A stretch of DNA of 64,000 nt from Dictyostelium discoideum (taxonomy: Eukaryota): positions 1,664,001-1,728,000 of the forward strand of contig CM000155.2 in the NCBI GenBank assembly GCA_000004695.1. Direction: 5' to 3'. The notes under the pieces are model-generated. The model was not told where the DNA came from and made no database searches. It was given only the letters and a program-made list of their open reading frames with translations. Every line of letters starts with the position of its first letter. Within the stretch, counting starts at the first letter, position 1. The position numbers were made by a program, and so were the translations under genes. Shown piece by piece: positions 23,087-36,548 of this stretch.

Positions 23087-23181
23087 GTAATTATAATTAT
23101 TATTATTATTTTTTTTTTTTTTTTTAATATTATTATTATTATTAATTTTATATTATTAATATTATTTAATTATTATTTTAG

Positions 23182-23401
23182 AATCATTAATATTATTAAA
23201 AAAAGTTGAATCTAAATTTTCAACAAATTTATATGTTTTAGAGAAATTAGCATTATCTTATTTATATCATGATGAACCTTCAATAATTAATACATTTAAT
23301 ATCTTTCAAAAAATTAGATTATTAGATCCATATTATATTGGTTCAATGGATATATTTTGTTCATTATTAAAAAGAAGATCATTACAATTTGAATTAAATA
23401 A
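23182..23401 (+). CDS. APC7, exon 3
   Basis: Frame continuity (phase 1 in, phase 2 out), a TTTTAG acceptor and a GTAAGT donor. Confidence 0.6.
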
Positions 23402-23496
23402 GTAAGTATTGTAATCATATAATTATTAATAAAAAAAAAAAATAAAAAAAAAACATATTATTAATTTTTTAAAAAAAAAAATAATAATAAACAAAG

Positions 23497-24009
23497 AGTA
23501 TGTAATGATTTAGTAGCATCAAATCCATATTGTGCAGAAACATGGACATCAGTAGCATTATTTTATTTTTTAAAAGAAAATGTTGAAAAATCATTAGAAA
23601 ATGTTGATAGAGCAATTAGTATTAAAGAATCACATGAATTTGCACATTCATTAAAAGGTGAGATATTATTATCATTGGATGAGCCAAGAGAAGCATTACC
23701 CTCATTGGAAAGAGCATTCCAACTTTCAAAGAATATTTTAACAGCACGTGAATTAGTTAGATGTCATTTAATATTAAATCAAATGAAAGAAGCTTTAGTA
23801 GTCGCTGAAACTATCAATAATCTTAGTCCTGACTACTCGAAAACAATGGCTTTACTTGGCATGGTTTTAGCAAATCAACCTGAAGAAAGAGAAGAAGCTA
23901 GAAAAATTTTAACAAAAGCTTTAACTTTATCTCCACATTGTACTGACACTGTTTTAACTTTAAGTAAATTAAATGTTGTTGAAGGTAGATTTCAAGAAGC
24001 AATTGATAT
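23497..24009 (+). CDS. APC7, exon 4 (TPR repeats)
   Basis: ASNPYCAETWTSVALFYF...KALTLSPHCTDTVLTLSKLNVVEGRFQEAID. A GTAAGT donor lies at 24010. Confidence 0.65.
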
Positions 24010-24100
24010 GTAAGTTAATATATTAATAATACACTCACTCTTTATATATTTAATTTATTAATTCTTTTATTTTATTTTATTATATTAAACTAAATTTTAG

Positions 24101-24407
24101 TTTAAATAGTCAATTGGAATATCAAGAAACAGATTTAATGCACACAGAAATTGCAGGAGTTTATTTAACTAAAGATTATCATGAAGATGCAATGATTCAT
24201 TATAATAGTGCATTAGAAATTAATCCTCAATATGAACCTGCATCAAGAGGTATTGCAAGATTGGAATTAATTATGAAAGGTATTGATCCTGATCAAGAAT
24301 TAGATCAAGAGAATGATGATGATGATCAAGAAGAAGGTGAGGGTGAAAATGATCAAGAGGAAAATGATGACGATGATAATGACGATGATGATGAATATAT
24401 TTCTTAA
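24101..24407 (+). CDS. APC7, exon 5 (acidic C-terminus). Acceptor choice between 24100 and 24109 is ambiguous
   Basis: ...YNSALEINPQYEPASRGIARLE... followed by a D/E-rich tail and a stop. Confidence 0.55.
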
Positions 24408-25494
24408 AAAAAAAAATAATAATAATATTAAAAAAATAAATAAAAAAATAAAAGAATTTAAAAAAACTTAAATTTGATAAAAAAAAGCAAAAGAAGAAAT
24501 AAAAATAAAATTAAAAAAGATATTTTTTCTAAAAAAAAAAAAAAAAAAAAAATGAAAAATGAAAAAAAAGATATTTTTTTTTGATGCGAAAGTGGCTCAC
24601 GTGACTTTCCAGTTTTTTTTTTATTTTTTTAAAAAATTCGAATCCTTCTTTTCACTTTTTTCATATGATTCTGATAAGATAATAATCTTTATGAATAAAA
24701 AAAAAAAAAATTTAAAAAAAAAAAAAAATTAAAATAATAAAGGGTATATTTTGTGTTATTTGTCTTTGGCACGTGACTTTTGGGGTGCGATTTTCAAAAA
24801 ATAAAAAAAAATAAATAAAAAAAAATAAAAAGATAATTGCAAACATATTTCGTAAAATTCTTAATTTTAAAATCACCATTATAATAATAGATAATTGATT
24901 GAATTTAAGCTTTGAATATAAAAAACAAATAATAAAAAAAAAAAAATATATAAAAAAAAAAAAAAAAAATATAGGACTTAATATTTGCATGCAAAAATTA
25001 TAAAATCAAGTGGTTTTCAAAAAAAAAGAAAAAAAAAAAAAAAAAAAAATAATAAAAAATAAATGGGCAACAGTGTATAGTGTTGTTGTGTGTTTAAAAA
25101 ATTTTTTTGAATTTTTTTATTTTTAAATAACCACTCCCAACTTTTTTGATTTTTTTTTTTTTGAATTTTATTTTTTTTTTTTTTTTTGTTTTTTTTTTTT
25201 TTATTCTTTTTTATTTTTTTTTATTTTTTTTTTATTATTTTTATTTATTTTTTTTTCCAACACTAAAAACAATTGACACATAAACTGTTGTTAATTAAAT
25301 TATTATTATTATATATAACCAGTAATTGTTTAATAATAATTTTAACTTGATTGTGTAATTTTTATTTATTTTAAAATTAATTTTTTTTTTTTTTAATTCT
25401 TTATTTTTTTAGTTTTATTTTTTTTTAAAAAAAAAATAAGATAATTCCTGTTTTTTTTTTTTATTATAACAGAGTATTTTACTTTATTAATAAA

Positions 25495-25526
<32 letters not shown>

Positions 25527-25734
25527 TAATAAAAATAATAAAAAATAATAAAAATAAATAATAATTCAAAATAATAATATTGGTACTAAATAAAAAAGTT
25601 GCAAAAAGTGAATAGAAAAAAATAAAAAATTTTTTTTTTTTTTTTTTTAAACAAAATTTTCTCATTTTTTTTATAATTAAAATCCATAAAAAATTAATTT
25701 ATTTTCTTAGCTTTAGGGAAAAATTAGAAATAGA

Positions 25735-25735
25735 A

Positions 25736-25810
<75 letters not shown>

Positions 25811-26553
25811 TTTATAATAGCAATAATAATTATAGTGGTGGCAACAACCAATATAATAACTATTATAATAATAATAATAATAATAATATTAATAATAATA
25901 ATAATAATAATTCATATAATAATGAAAATAATAATGAATTTATAGAAGATTTACAGGATCCAGACTTAGATGCATTAACAAATTTAATAGTTAACAATAT
26001 ACCAAAATCAATGGATTCAAACGAATTAAAATCATTATTTGACAAATTTGGGGAAATAGAATCATGTAAAATTGTTTTCAATCGTAAAAAAGATGGCAAT
26101 GGCAATAGCAATATCAATATCAATAGCAACAACAGCAATGGCAGCAATAGCAACAACAACAACAACAACAGTAATAATAATAGTAGTTTAGGATATGGAT
26201 TTGTTAAATTTTCTAAAAAAGATGAAGCAGCTATGGCAATCGAACAATTGAATGGTTTTGAAGTCGATTCTAAACCACTCAAAGTGTCATATGCTCAAGC
26301 GAGCAGTAGTCAATCCACTCATGCAAATCTCTACATTAATAGATTGGAACCACATGTAACCAATGCTAATTTAAAAGAGGTATTTGGTAGTTTTGGAGAT
26401 GTGATAGATACTAAAATTTTAACTGACCCTGATACTGGGGCAAGTAGATGTGTAGGCTTTGTTCATTTCTCACAAAGAAGAGAGGCTTTAAAAGCTGTAT
26501 CTTCAATGAATGGTGCTAACATACCTTTTCAATCTACTCCCATTTACGTTAAA
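25735..26553 (+). CDS. ELAV/Sxl-like RNA-binding protein with three RRMs, exon 1 (poly-Asn N-terminus, RRM1, RRM2)
   Basis: RNP1-like GYGFVKF and RCVGFVHF. A GTAAGT donor lies at 26554. Confidence 0.7.
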
Positions 26554-26828
26554 GTAAGTTGATTCTTTTTTTTTTTTTTTTTCATTTGAATGAATTGCTT
26601 CACTTTTTTTATTTTATAATTTTATACTTTTAATTTTTTAATTTTTTATTTTCCCTCTTGAAAATTAATCTTAACATTTCCTTTTTTTTATTTATTTATT
26701 TTTTTTATTTAATTTCTTTATTTATTTATTATTTTAATATATAACTTCCCGTTTTATTTTTTAATTTTTAAATTTAATTTGTCTGATAAATTTTATATTT
26801 TCCTTAAATTTTTAATTTCTAAACTAAG

Positions 26829-27236
26829 TTTGCAAATCAATTGAGTGGAAATAATAATGGCAATAATAATAATAATATTATTAATAGTAATAGTAATAAT
26901 AATAATAATAATAATAGTAATAGTAATTTTAATAATAATAATGGAAACTTTAATAACCCTTTCAACTTTAATGGTAATAATAATAATAACAATAATAATG
27001 GAAATAATTACAATAATAGTGGTAGTAGTAGTAATAATAATAATAATAACAATAAAAACAGTAATGGAAACCATAATAATAATGGCAATAATTTTAACAA
27101 TAACTATAATAGCAATTATGGTAATATGTATAATAACAACAATAATAATGGTAACACTAATAACAATTTTAATAACAATGGTAATGGGAATAACAATAAC
27201 AATAGGAATAGTTATAATGGTTATGATAACAATAAC

Positions 27237-27269
<33 letters not shown>

Positions 27270-27662
27270 TTTAGTGATGATTACAATGGATACAATAATT
27301 ATAACGGCAATAGTAGTAGTAATGGTAATAATAGTAATAATAATAATAATATAATGTCATCATTTCCAATTCATATTTCCAATTTACCAAATAATATAGA
27401 TGAAACCTTTTTATATAAGCTATTTGCTTTTGGTGCAATTTCAGGTGTTCAATTATTAAATAATGGTCAAGCTATTATCACATATTTAGATTATCAAACT
27501 GTTCAAAATGCAATTAATACCTTAAATGGTAAAATCATTTCCGGTAGATCATTAAAGGTTGTTTGTCTTACAAACTCTTCCCCTTCAAATGATAATAATA
27601 TGATATATGGTAATGGTAATGGTAATGGCAATGGCACCAATGGCAATAATATGTACTATTGA
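26829..27662 (+). CDS. ELAV-like RNA-binding protein, exon 2 (Asn/Gly-rich linker and RRM3)
   Basis: IHISNLPNNIDETFLYKLFAFGAISGVQLL...KIISGRSLKVV. The 275-bp intron is in phase 0. Confidence 0.65.
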
Positions 27663-27928
27663 AAAAGCTATTGAAATTACTTTCCACATTTTCCTTTTTT
27701 TTTTTTTCCTCGTTCTCAATCAATCCATAAAAAAAAATAAAAAATAAAATAAAATAAAAAAATGAAAATCAAAATCAACAAACAACAAAAAAAGATTATA
27801 TATAACAATTTTACATTAAAAATGGCACTCTCTCTTCTTTGTCTTAGCTTTAGTCTAGTCTTGGTTTTAGTTTTCAGTCAGTGTTTTAATTTTAGTGAAT
27901 TTAGAAAATCAATTTATTTTTGGTAATA

Positions 27929-27976
<48 letters not shown>

Positions 27977-28116
27977 AAAAACAAAAGCAAAATCTTTGTT
28001 AAATCTTTAATTATTTGATTTTTCTTTTTTTCTTTTTTCTTTTTCTTTTTTTCTTTTTTTCTTTTTCTTTTCCTTTTTTTATTATACAAAATTATATTCC
28101 ACATTTCTTAGGGTAA

Positions 28117-28293
28117 TTAGCAATCTACCGATTCTCCCATTGATAGAGTATTTCCACTAAATGCAAATTCTTTTGAAGGTTTCTTTTCTATTTTATCTGA
28201 ACTACTTATTGTACTCTCTGAATTAATTTTTGCCTTATTTAATAATAAATAACTTGACCAATGTCCATTGGAGAGCACTAACATTACAGATAC
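28117..28293 (-). CDS. Multi-pass membrane protein of unknown family, exon 5 (last)
   Basis: Five minus-strand ORF segments are linked by GTAAGT/GTATGT donors and AG acceptors with consistent phases. This exon ends ...SMGESVDC*. Confidence 0.45.
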   Translation of the reverse strand, partial: VSVMLVLSNGHWSSYLLLNKAKINSESTISSSDKIEKKPSKEFAFSGNTLSMGESVDC

Positions 28294-28411
28294 CTAATTA
28301 ATTAAAATTTAAAAATTAAAATTTTAAATTTAAAATTTAAAATTTAATAATTAAAAAATCAAAAATTATGGATTACTTTATTAATTTAATAATAACTAAA
28401 TAACTACTTAC

Positions 28412-28645
28412 CATTTGGGAAAACTCAATAATACCAGTTACAAATAATTTTAAAAATTGTTTTGAAGTCTGGTATGTGTCTGTATAATATATGTTGAAAA
28501 TAATCTCTTGGATTATAATAAACACAAAAACAAGTATAATTGTTGTAAGTAATATTTTGGTTTTGAAAATCATTAAATCAAAATGTTTCATTGGTGTTAC
28601 TTTTCTATGGATTTTTAAATGTCTAATTAAAACAAATCCATTAAA
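28412..28645 (-). CDS. Membrane protein, exon 4
   Basis: FNGFVLIRHLKIHRKVTPMKHFDLMIFKTKILLTTIILVFVFIIIQEII...EFSQM. A GTAAGT donor lies at 28411. Confidence 0.45.
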
Positions 28646-28706
28646 CTAATATTATTATTATTAGTATTCTGGAATTTTTGGAAAAAAAAAAAAAAAAAAA
28701 ACTTAC

Positions 28707-28911
28707 AACAATGATGGAAACAAAAATTATCAAGAGGATTATAAAACCAACAGTATCAACAGTTTCAATATTTTTCTCTAAAGTTATACTTGATACTATT
28801 ATTTGATATACAACAACCAGTGATACGAAAAAATATGTCATAATTCTAATTGGTTTAGTTCTATATTGTCCAATATCATCTGCCACAAAAAGTGAATACA
28901 TTATTAAAAGC
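28707..28911 (-). CDS. Membrane protein, exon 3
   Basis: LLIMYSLFVADDIGQYRTKPIRIMTYFFVSLVVVYQIIV...IIVV. The 61-bp intron starts with a GTAAGT donor at 28706. Confidence 0.45.
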
Positions 28912-29026
28912 CTTTTTTTTTTTTTTTTTTTTTTTATTTTTTTATTTTTTTTTTTTTATTTTGACATTAATAGTTAATATTGTTGGAAAATATTTTTATT
29001 ATTTTTAAATAATAAAAATATACATA

Positions 29027-29150
29027 CCAAAATTGAACTATAAATGTCCATTCAACAAAAATCATAGCTGAACCTAAAGTAAAAAAAAAAAAATTGAGTG
29101 TTCCCATTCCAAGATTTGGATTTGAGTAAAAAAATGCTGTTTGAATTGCT
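29027..29150 (-). CDS. Membrane protein, exon 2 (contains a T13 homopolymer; needs T12 for one continuous frame)
   Basis: AIQTAFFYSNPNLGMGNTQ then (T)13 then TLGSAMIFVEWTFIVQF lie in two frames one nucleotide apart. Confidence 0.35.
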
Positions 29151-29230
29151 CTAATTAAGATGATTAATTTATGTATTTTTTTTTTTTTTAATATTTGTCG
29201 ATACCATTATTTTTAAAATTACCCACATAC

Positions 29231-29421
29231 CTTAAAACACAAAAAAGGGTAAGGCTAAAAAATACAAAAAATCTTGTTTCTTTTTTTTTATTCCTTAAAT
29301 TTTTTATTTCGAAAATTGTTTGAAATAAATTCATTATAAAAAAAAGTGTATAAATTATAAGCCTTATTCCCATAAAAGAATACAATAACCTATCATATAA
29401 TTTTGATTCAGTAATTGTCAT
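29231..29421 (-). CDS. Membrane protein, exon 1
   Basis: MTITESKLYDRLLYSFMGIRLIIYTLFFIMNLF...FCVL. A phase-2 AG|GTATGT donor lies at 29230. Confidence 0.45.
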
Positions 29422-29427
29422 TTTTTT

Positions 29428-29463
<36 letters not shown>

Positions 29464-29791
29464 AATATAATTTTAAATTTTATGTTATATATAATTTGTG
29501 ATTTTGGTTATGGTTGTAGTGTTGTGAACTTGTCGTCTGATTTCTTTTTTTTTTTCCATATAAAATAAAAAAAAAAAAAAAAAAAAAATTTAAAAATAAA
29601 AATTTAAAAATAAAAAATTAAAAATAAAAAAAAGATTATTTTCAAAATCAAAGCAGTTTTTTATTATAATAAAAACAACACGATATTATGTTTTTTTTCA
29701 TTTTTTTTTTCATTTTTTTTTGTTACTGATTGACATTCGCATCTACTCTTGTGTAGTGCAAAATTCGCTTTTTAAAATTTTCCGTGGTTTT

Positions 29792-29829
<38 letters not shown>

Positions 29830-30637
29830 CTTTTAATAATTTTTTAAATATCCTTTTTTATTTTTAAATAATAATTTTTTAAATATCCTCTATAAAACAT
29901 TTACATATTAATTTTTTTGAAATAATAAAATTTTGGTGTTTAAAAAAAAAAAAAAGTAATCTAAAATAAACTTTTTTTTTTTTTGTTTATTTTTTTATTA
30001 ATTCTTTGAACATGGTAAAAAGTGCAAACTCTTTTGTCCAATCATCTTTGTTTTGAAGTTATTTTTAGATTTTTTTTTTATATGGAATTTGAAATTTTTT
30101 TTTTTTTTTATTTTTTTTTTTAAACCACCAAATCGAGATTTCTATGAAATTATAAATTACCAAACTGTAAATGTTCATATGAAATCCTTATTTCTAATTT
30201 GAAAATATAATAATAAGATATTACTTTCAAAAACATATTTAAAATACTAAAATTATTAATATATTTAATTTATTCTTTCTAATTTTCATTTCAATCAAGT
30301 CGGATTTTTATTTTTTTTTTTTACTTATTTTTTTTATTTATTTATTTTTTTTTTATATTCATTATTATTTTTTATTTATTTGTTTATTATTATTATTTGT
30401 TATTATTTTTAAAGTTTTTAATTTTTAAAATTATTTTATTAACTGAAAAAAAATTAAATTTTGGAGAATTTACTTAAAATAATGAATAATACATTTTTTT
30501 TCCAATTAAAATATTACAATCACTTAAAATAAAAATATTATTAAAAAACTTTTTTTTTTTTTTTTTTATTTTTTTATTTTTTTTTTATTTTTTTATTTTT
30601 TTTTTATTTTTTTTTTATTTTTTTTTTTTTTTAAAAT

Positions 30638-30675
<38 letters not shown>

Positions 30676-30800
30676 CTCAAAAAACCACAAACACCAATAC
30701 ATATAAAAAAAAAAAAATAAAAAAAAAAGGACTTAAACCTAAATATTATACACACAAATATATATATTTAAATATATATATATATATCCAATATATATAA

Positions 30801-31031
30801 ATGAAACGAGTAGGAGATTATATTTTAGATAAAAGAATAGGTTGGGGTGCATTTGCTCAAGTTTATAAAGGATTTAGTATTAAAACAAATGAACCCTTTG
30901 CCATAAAGGTTGTCGATGTTTGTAGATTAGCGGATAAGAACTCAAAATTAACAGAGAATTTAAATTATGAAATTAGAATTTTAAAAGAATTATCTCATAC
31001 AAATATAGTTAGATTATATGATGTTTTAAAT
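30801..31031 (+). CDS. atg1: Autophagy kinase Atg1 (ULK family Ser/Thr kinase), exon 1
   Basis: Kinase subdomains I-II: ILDKRIGWGAFAQVYKG...AIKVV. A GTAATA donor lies at 31032. Confidence 0.8.
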
Positions 31032-31156
31032 GTAATAGTATAAATAATAATTATAATAATACTATTAATAGTAGTAGCAGTGGTATTAGATAATTATTAT
31101 AATAAAATTACTAAAATTTTTTATTTTTTTTTTATTTTTTAAATTATTATCTATAG

Positions 31157-32831
<1,675 letters not shown>

Positions 32832-33028
32832 GTATGTATTTATTTAATTTAATTTAATTTAATTTAATCATTTAATTAATTATTTGTTTATTTATTTAAT
32901 TATTTATTTATTTAATTATTTATTTTTTTAATTATTTTTTTAATTTTTTTTTAATTATTTTTTTAATTATTTATTTAAAATTAAAATACTAATTTTTTTT
33001 TTTTTTATTATATTTTATTATATTTTAG

Positions 33029-33129
33029 ATTTAAATGCATTTGAAGTGAGAACTCAAATTTGTAAAAAAAATTATGAAAATAGCAAAAATACAGTTTTGA
33101 ATACCAATAGTATTCAAAATAATACATAA
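33029..33129 (+). CDS. atg1: Atg1 kinase, terminal exon 3
   Basis: TTTTAG acceptor. The phase-consistent junction gives ...IIKK-Y-LNAFEVRTQICKKNYEN...*. The three exons total 668 aa. Confidence 0.55.
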
Positions 33130-33850
33130 TCATAATAAAATAATTTAAAAACAACACAAATTATTATTATTATTATTATTTTTTTTTTTTTTATTATCTT
33201 TTAACACTTTTTTTTTTATTTTTGTTTTTTTAATAATATATCCCTTATTTAAATTCAATTTTAAAAATCATTGTAAATAAACAAACAAATTAATGTGTAA
33301 AAATAATTCTTCTTAAGTAAATATTTTAAAACCACCATCAAATTTAATTTTTTTTTTTTATAATTTTATATTCTAAAAATTATATTTTATATTTTTTCTA
33401 AATTAGTATAAAAATAATAAATAGCAGTAAATGAATTTCTACCATTCAATCATACACCAAATGGTTTTCTCCTATAATCGTAAACGTCAAATTATTTTGT
33501 ATGTAAGATTTGTTAATCCAATAATATTTTTCTATGCATATAAAATCATGAATATATGATAATAATAATTAAAAAAAAAAAAAAAAAAAAAATATCTTTG
33601 AAAAGTGTGGTTTAACTGTTTACTTTTATCAGTTTTTTTAACCTTTTTTTATTTTTATTTTAAAAAATTTATTAACAATATCTTCACAATCAAAGGATTG
33701 GGAAAAAGTATTAAATTCTCGATTTTTGGATATATAATTTAATTAAGATTTAATTTATTTAAAAAAAAAAATTAAAATTACATAAATAGAACCAAATTTT
33801 TTTTTTTTTCAATTAAAAAATAATAATAAAATTACTAAATATATATTATT

Positions 33851-33907
<57 letters not shown>

Positions 33908-33910
<3 letters not shown>

Positions 33911-35365
33911 TACTGTTTAAAAATTTATATATTATTTTATATTCTAATAATATCAATGGTATCAATATCACAATGTAATTCATTTTTAATAAAAAGTAAA
34001 CCAGATGTTATGATTGTTGATGAATCAATTCAAATCCATGAAATTGTTTATCAATTATTCGTCCAAAAAGTTGATCATTTTAATTTATTAGATGATAGAA
34101 CATTTTTTCAAAGATTTGTTGTAAATTCAAAATATTGGAATGGCACTGGTCCAGTTTTTTTCATTATTAGTGGGGAACAAAATATGGAGGCCAGTTCTGT
34201 AAATTCTTGTCAGTATACAATTTGGGCCAAACAATTAAATGCATTAATCGTGTCTTTAGAACATAGATATTATGGTGGTAGTTATGTAACTGAAGATTTA
34301 TCAACTGATAATCTAAAATATTTAACAACTCAACAAGCTTTGGCCGATTGTGTTGTATTTATCGATTGGTTTACCAAAGTATATTATCATGTACCATCAT
34401 CATCAAAAATCATTTCATTTGGAGGAAGTTATGCTGGTACTTTATCAGCTTATTTGGCAATGAAATATCCTTCAAAAATAAGTTTCTCTGTTGCTTCAAG
34501 TGCACCATTGAACCCAGTGGTTAATTTTTATCAATATATGGAAGTAATTCAAAAATCAATACTTTTATTAAATAATGGTGAAAAATGTTTAAATAATATT
34601 AAACTTGCAAATAATAAAATCATTGAAATGATTCATGACCCAATATTAACTTATAATATTACAAAATTATTTGGTCTTTGTTCAAATATTGATTTTGATA
34701 ATGATTTATCAACATTCATGTTTGAAATTGCAAATGTTTGGGGAACTGCTGCTCAATATGGTAATTTGGTACCTGGCTATATATCATTGGATTCATTATG
34801 TAATATTATGGTCGATGATTCAAAGGAACCATTGGATAACTATTTATACATTTGGTATGGTATGAAAAATTCTGATGAATGTAATGATGTTACCTATCAA
34901 ACAATGATTGCAAATTTTAAATATAGTCAAATCGACCATTTAAATACAAGAAATGAATTATTTAATATGACAAGACAATGGTTATTTCAATGTTGTACTG
35001 AATTTGGATTTTTCATTACAAGTGATTCATATGATCAACCTTTTACTAATTTCAATTTCAATTTTCAAAGACAAATTTGTATTGATGTATTTGGAAAAAA
35101 ACCTACACTTTCAACAAGTTGGACTTTGGTAGAGTATGGTGGTATTAGTCCAAACTATAACTCTGTTAGAAATGTTTTATTTGTTTCAAGTACTAATGAT
35201 CCTTGGTCATCTCTTTCAATTTCAAAATCAAATCAATATAAAATCGTTATAGTTGAAAATGGTACCCATTGTTCTGATATGATACCAATAAACGAAGTTT
35301 CTGTACCTGATGTTGCAAGGGCTCAAAATGAAATATTTAATTATATATTAGATGCTTTAAATTAA
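33908..35365 (+). CDS. Serine carboxypeptidase S28 family (lysosomal Pro-X carboxypeptidase-like), secreted
   Basis: Signal peptide, ISFGGSYAGTLSAY (the S28 GxSYxG nucleophile motif) and overall S28 architecture. Confidence 0.75.
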
Positions 35366-35684
35366 TTATAAAAAACAAATATTATTATTATATTTTATAT
35401 TTTTGTACAATAAATAATTTTAAAATAAATAAATAAAACAAAATTAAATAAATTAAATAAAAAAACAAATTATGAAATTGTAATTGATTAAATGGAAAAT
35501 GAAAGATATCCCATCATATTTGGAAAATAAAAACAATTATTAAAGTACATTGAAATTATTTTTTTTTTTTTTTTGATATAAATAAACTATTGTAGTATAC
35601 AATTAGTATGTTATTTTTATTTATTTATTTTAGGTTTTTTAGTTTTTGTGAATTTAAAATGGTATGTTATTTTAGATTAGGTAA

Positions 35685-36548
35685 TTAATAATTAATTGGT
35701 GGTGTAATTGTTGGAATTGGTTCATTTGTGTTTATGCTCCATTCTTTTTTAAATTTTTTGATGGTTTCGGACCATTGGGTTTCTTTTTGAGTTTTTGTGA
35801 GGTTGTTTTTAATTGAGTATTGGTTAAAGTTTGATAATGTTCTTGAATATTCCAATCTTATTAGCTTGTGCCATTTTGATTTTAATATATCATAATCTAG
35901 TGTTATGTTGTTTATTTGGTTGTTCCAATTGTCAATTGATTGAGTTATATTGATGTCAAATAATGATTTGCATAACCATATCCATATTTGGTGAATAACT
36001 AATGAGATTATGTTCCAATATGCATGTGTTCTGACTAGATCAAGATTTGTGTTTATATAATTCCAGTTGAACCTGTATTTTTTATATTGTGCGTTTTCTG
36101 CAAAATGAAAATTAATATTGATAGTTGGATCTGGTTTAAATGCTTTGTTGTTTGTTTGTGGTTTATCAATGAGTGTGTATAATTTTGTTGTTTGGTTTTT
36201 TGTTAGTGACCAGTTTTTGTTTCCATTGCAATTTTTATATATAAAATATTTTAATTTGTCGTGGTTTATGAAGTTGATTGTGTGCTGACAATTGAAAAAC
36301 AAATGACCATAGGGATCATTATTCATTTCATTGTTGCAAATGGGGCAAACTTTGTTGTGTAGATGATTAATCGGAAGACATCTAGCATGGAATCTTTGCT
36401 TGTATAACGGCCTTTTGGATCTTTTAATTTTTGAATTTTGACAAATAGTTGGTCGTATGTGTATTTCCATAATAGTTGTATTGATTGTTGGTGCGAAGTA
36501 AGAAGTAGATCTGAATATTTCTTGCCAACATAGTCTTTTGATTTGCAT
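35685..36548 (-). pseudogene. Retroelement ORF2 remnant, C-terminal part, in a different frame from the RT part
   Basis: HARCLPINHLHNKVCPICNNEMNNDPYGHLFFNC aligns with the zinc-knuckle region of the first element. It overlaps the upstream frame by about 225 nt. Confidence 0.65.

Noticed and set aside
25863-27354. Poly-L and poly-I/V ORFs (25863-26282 minus, 26845-27354 plus, 26793-27074 minus)
   Set aside because: Alternative-frame or antisense translations of the (AAT)n / poly-Asn tracts of the RRM protein.
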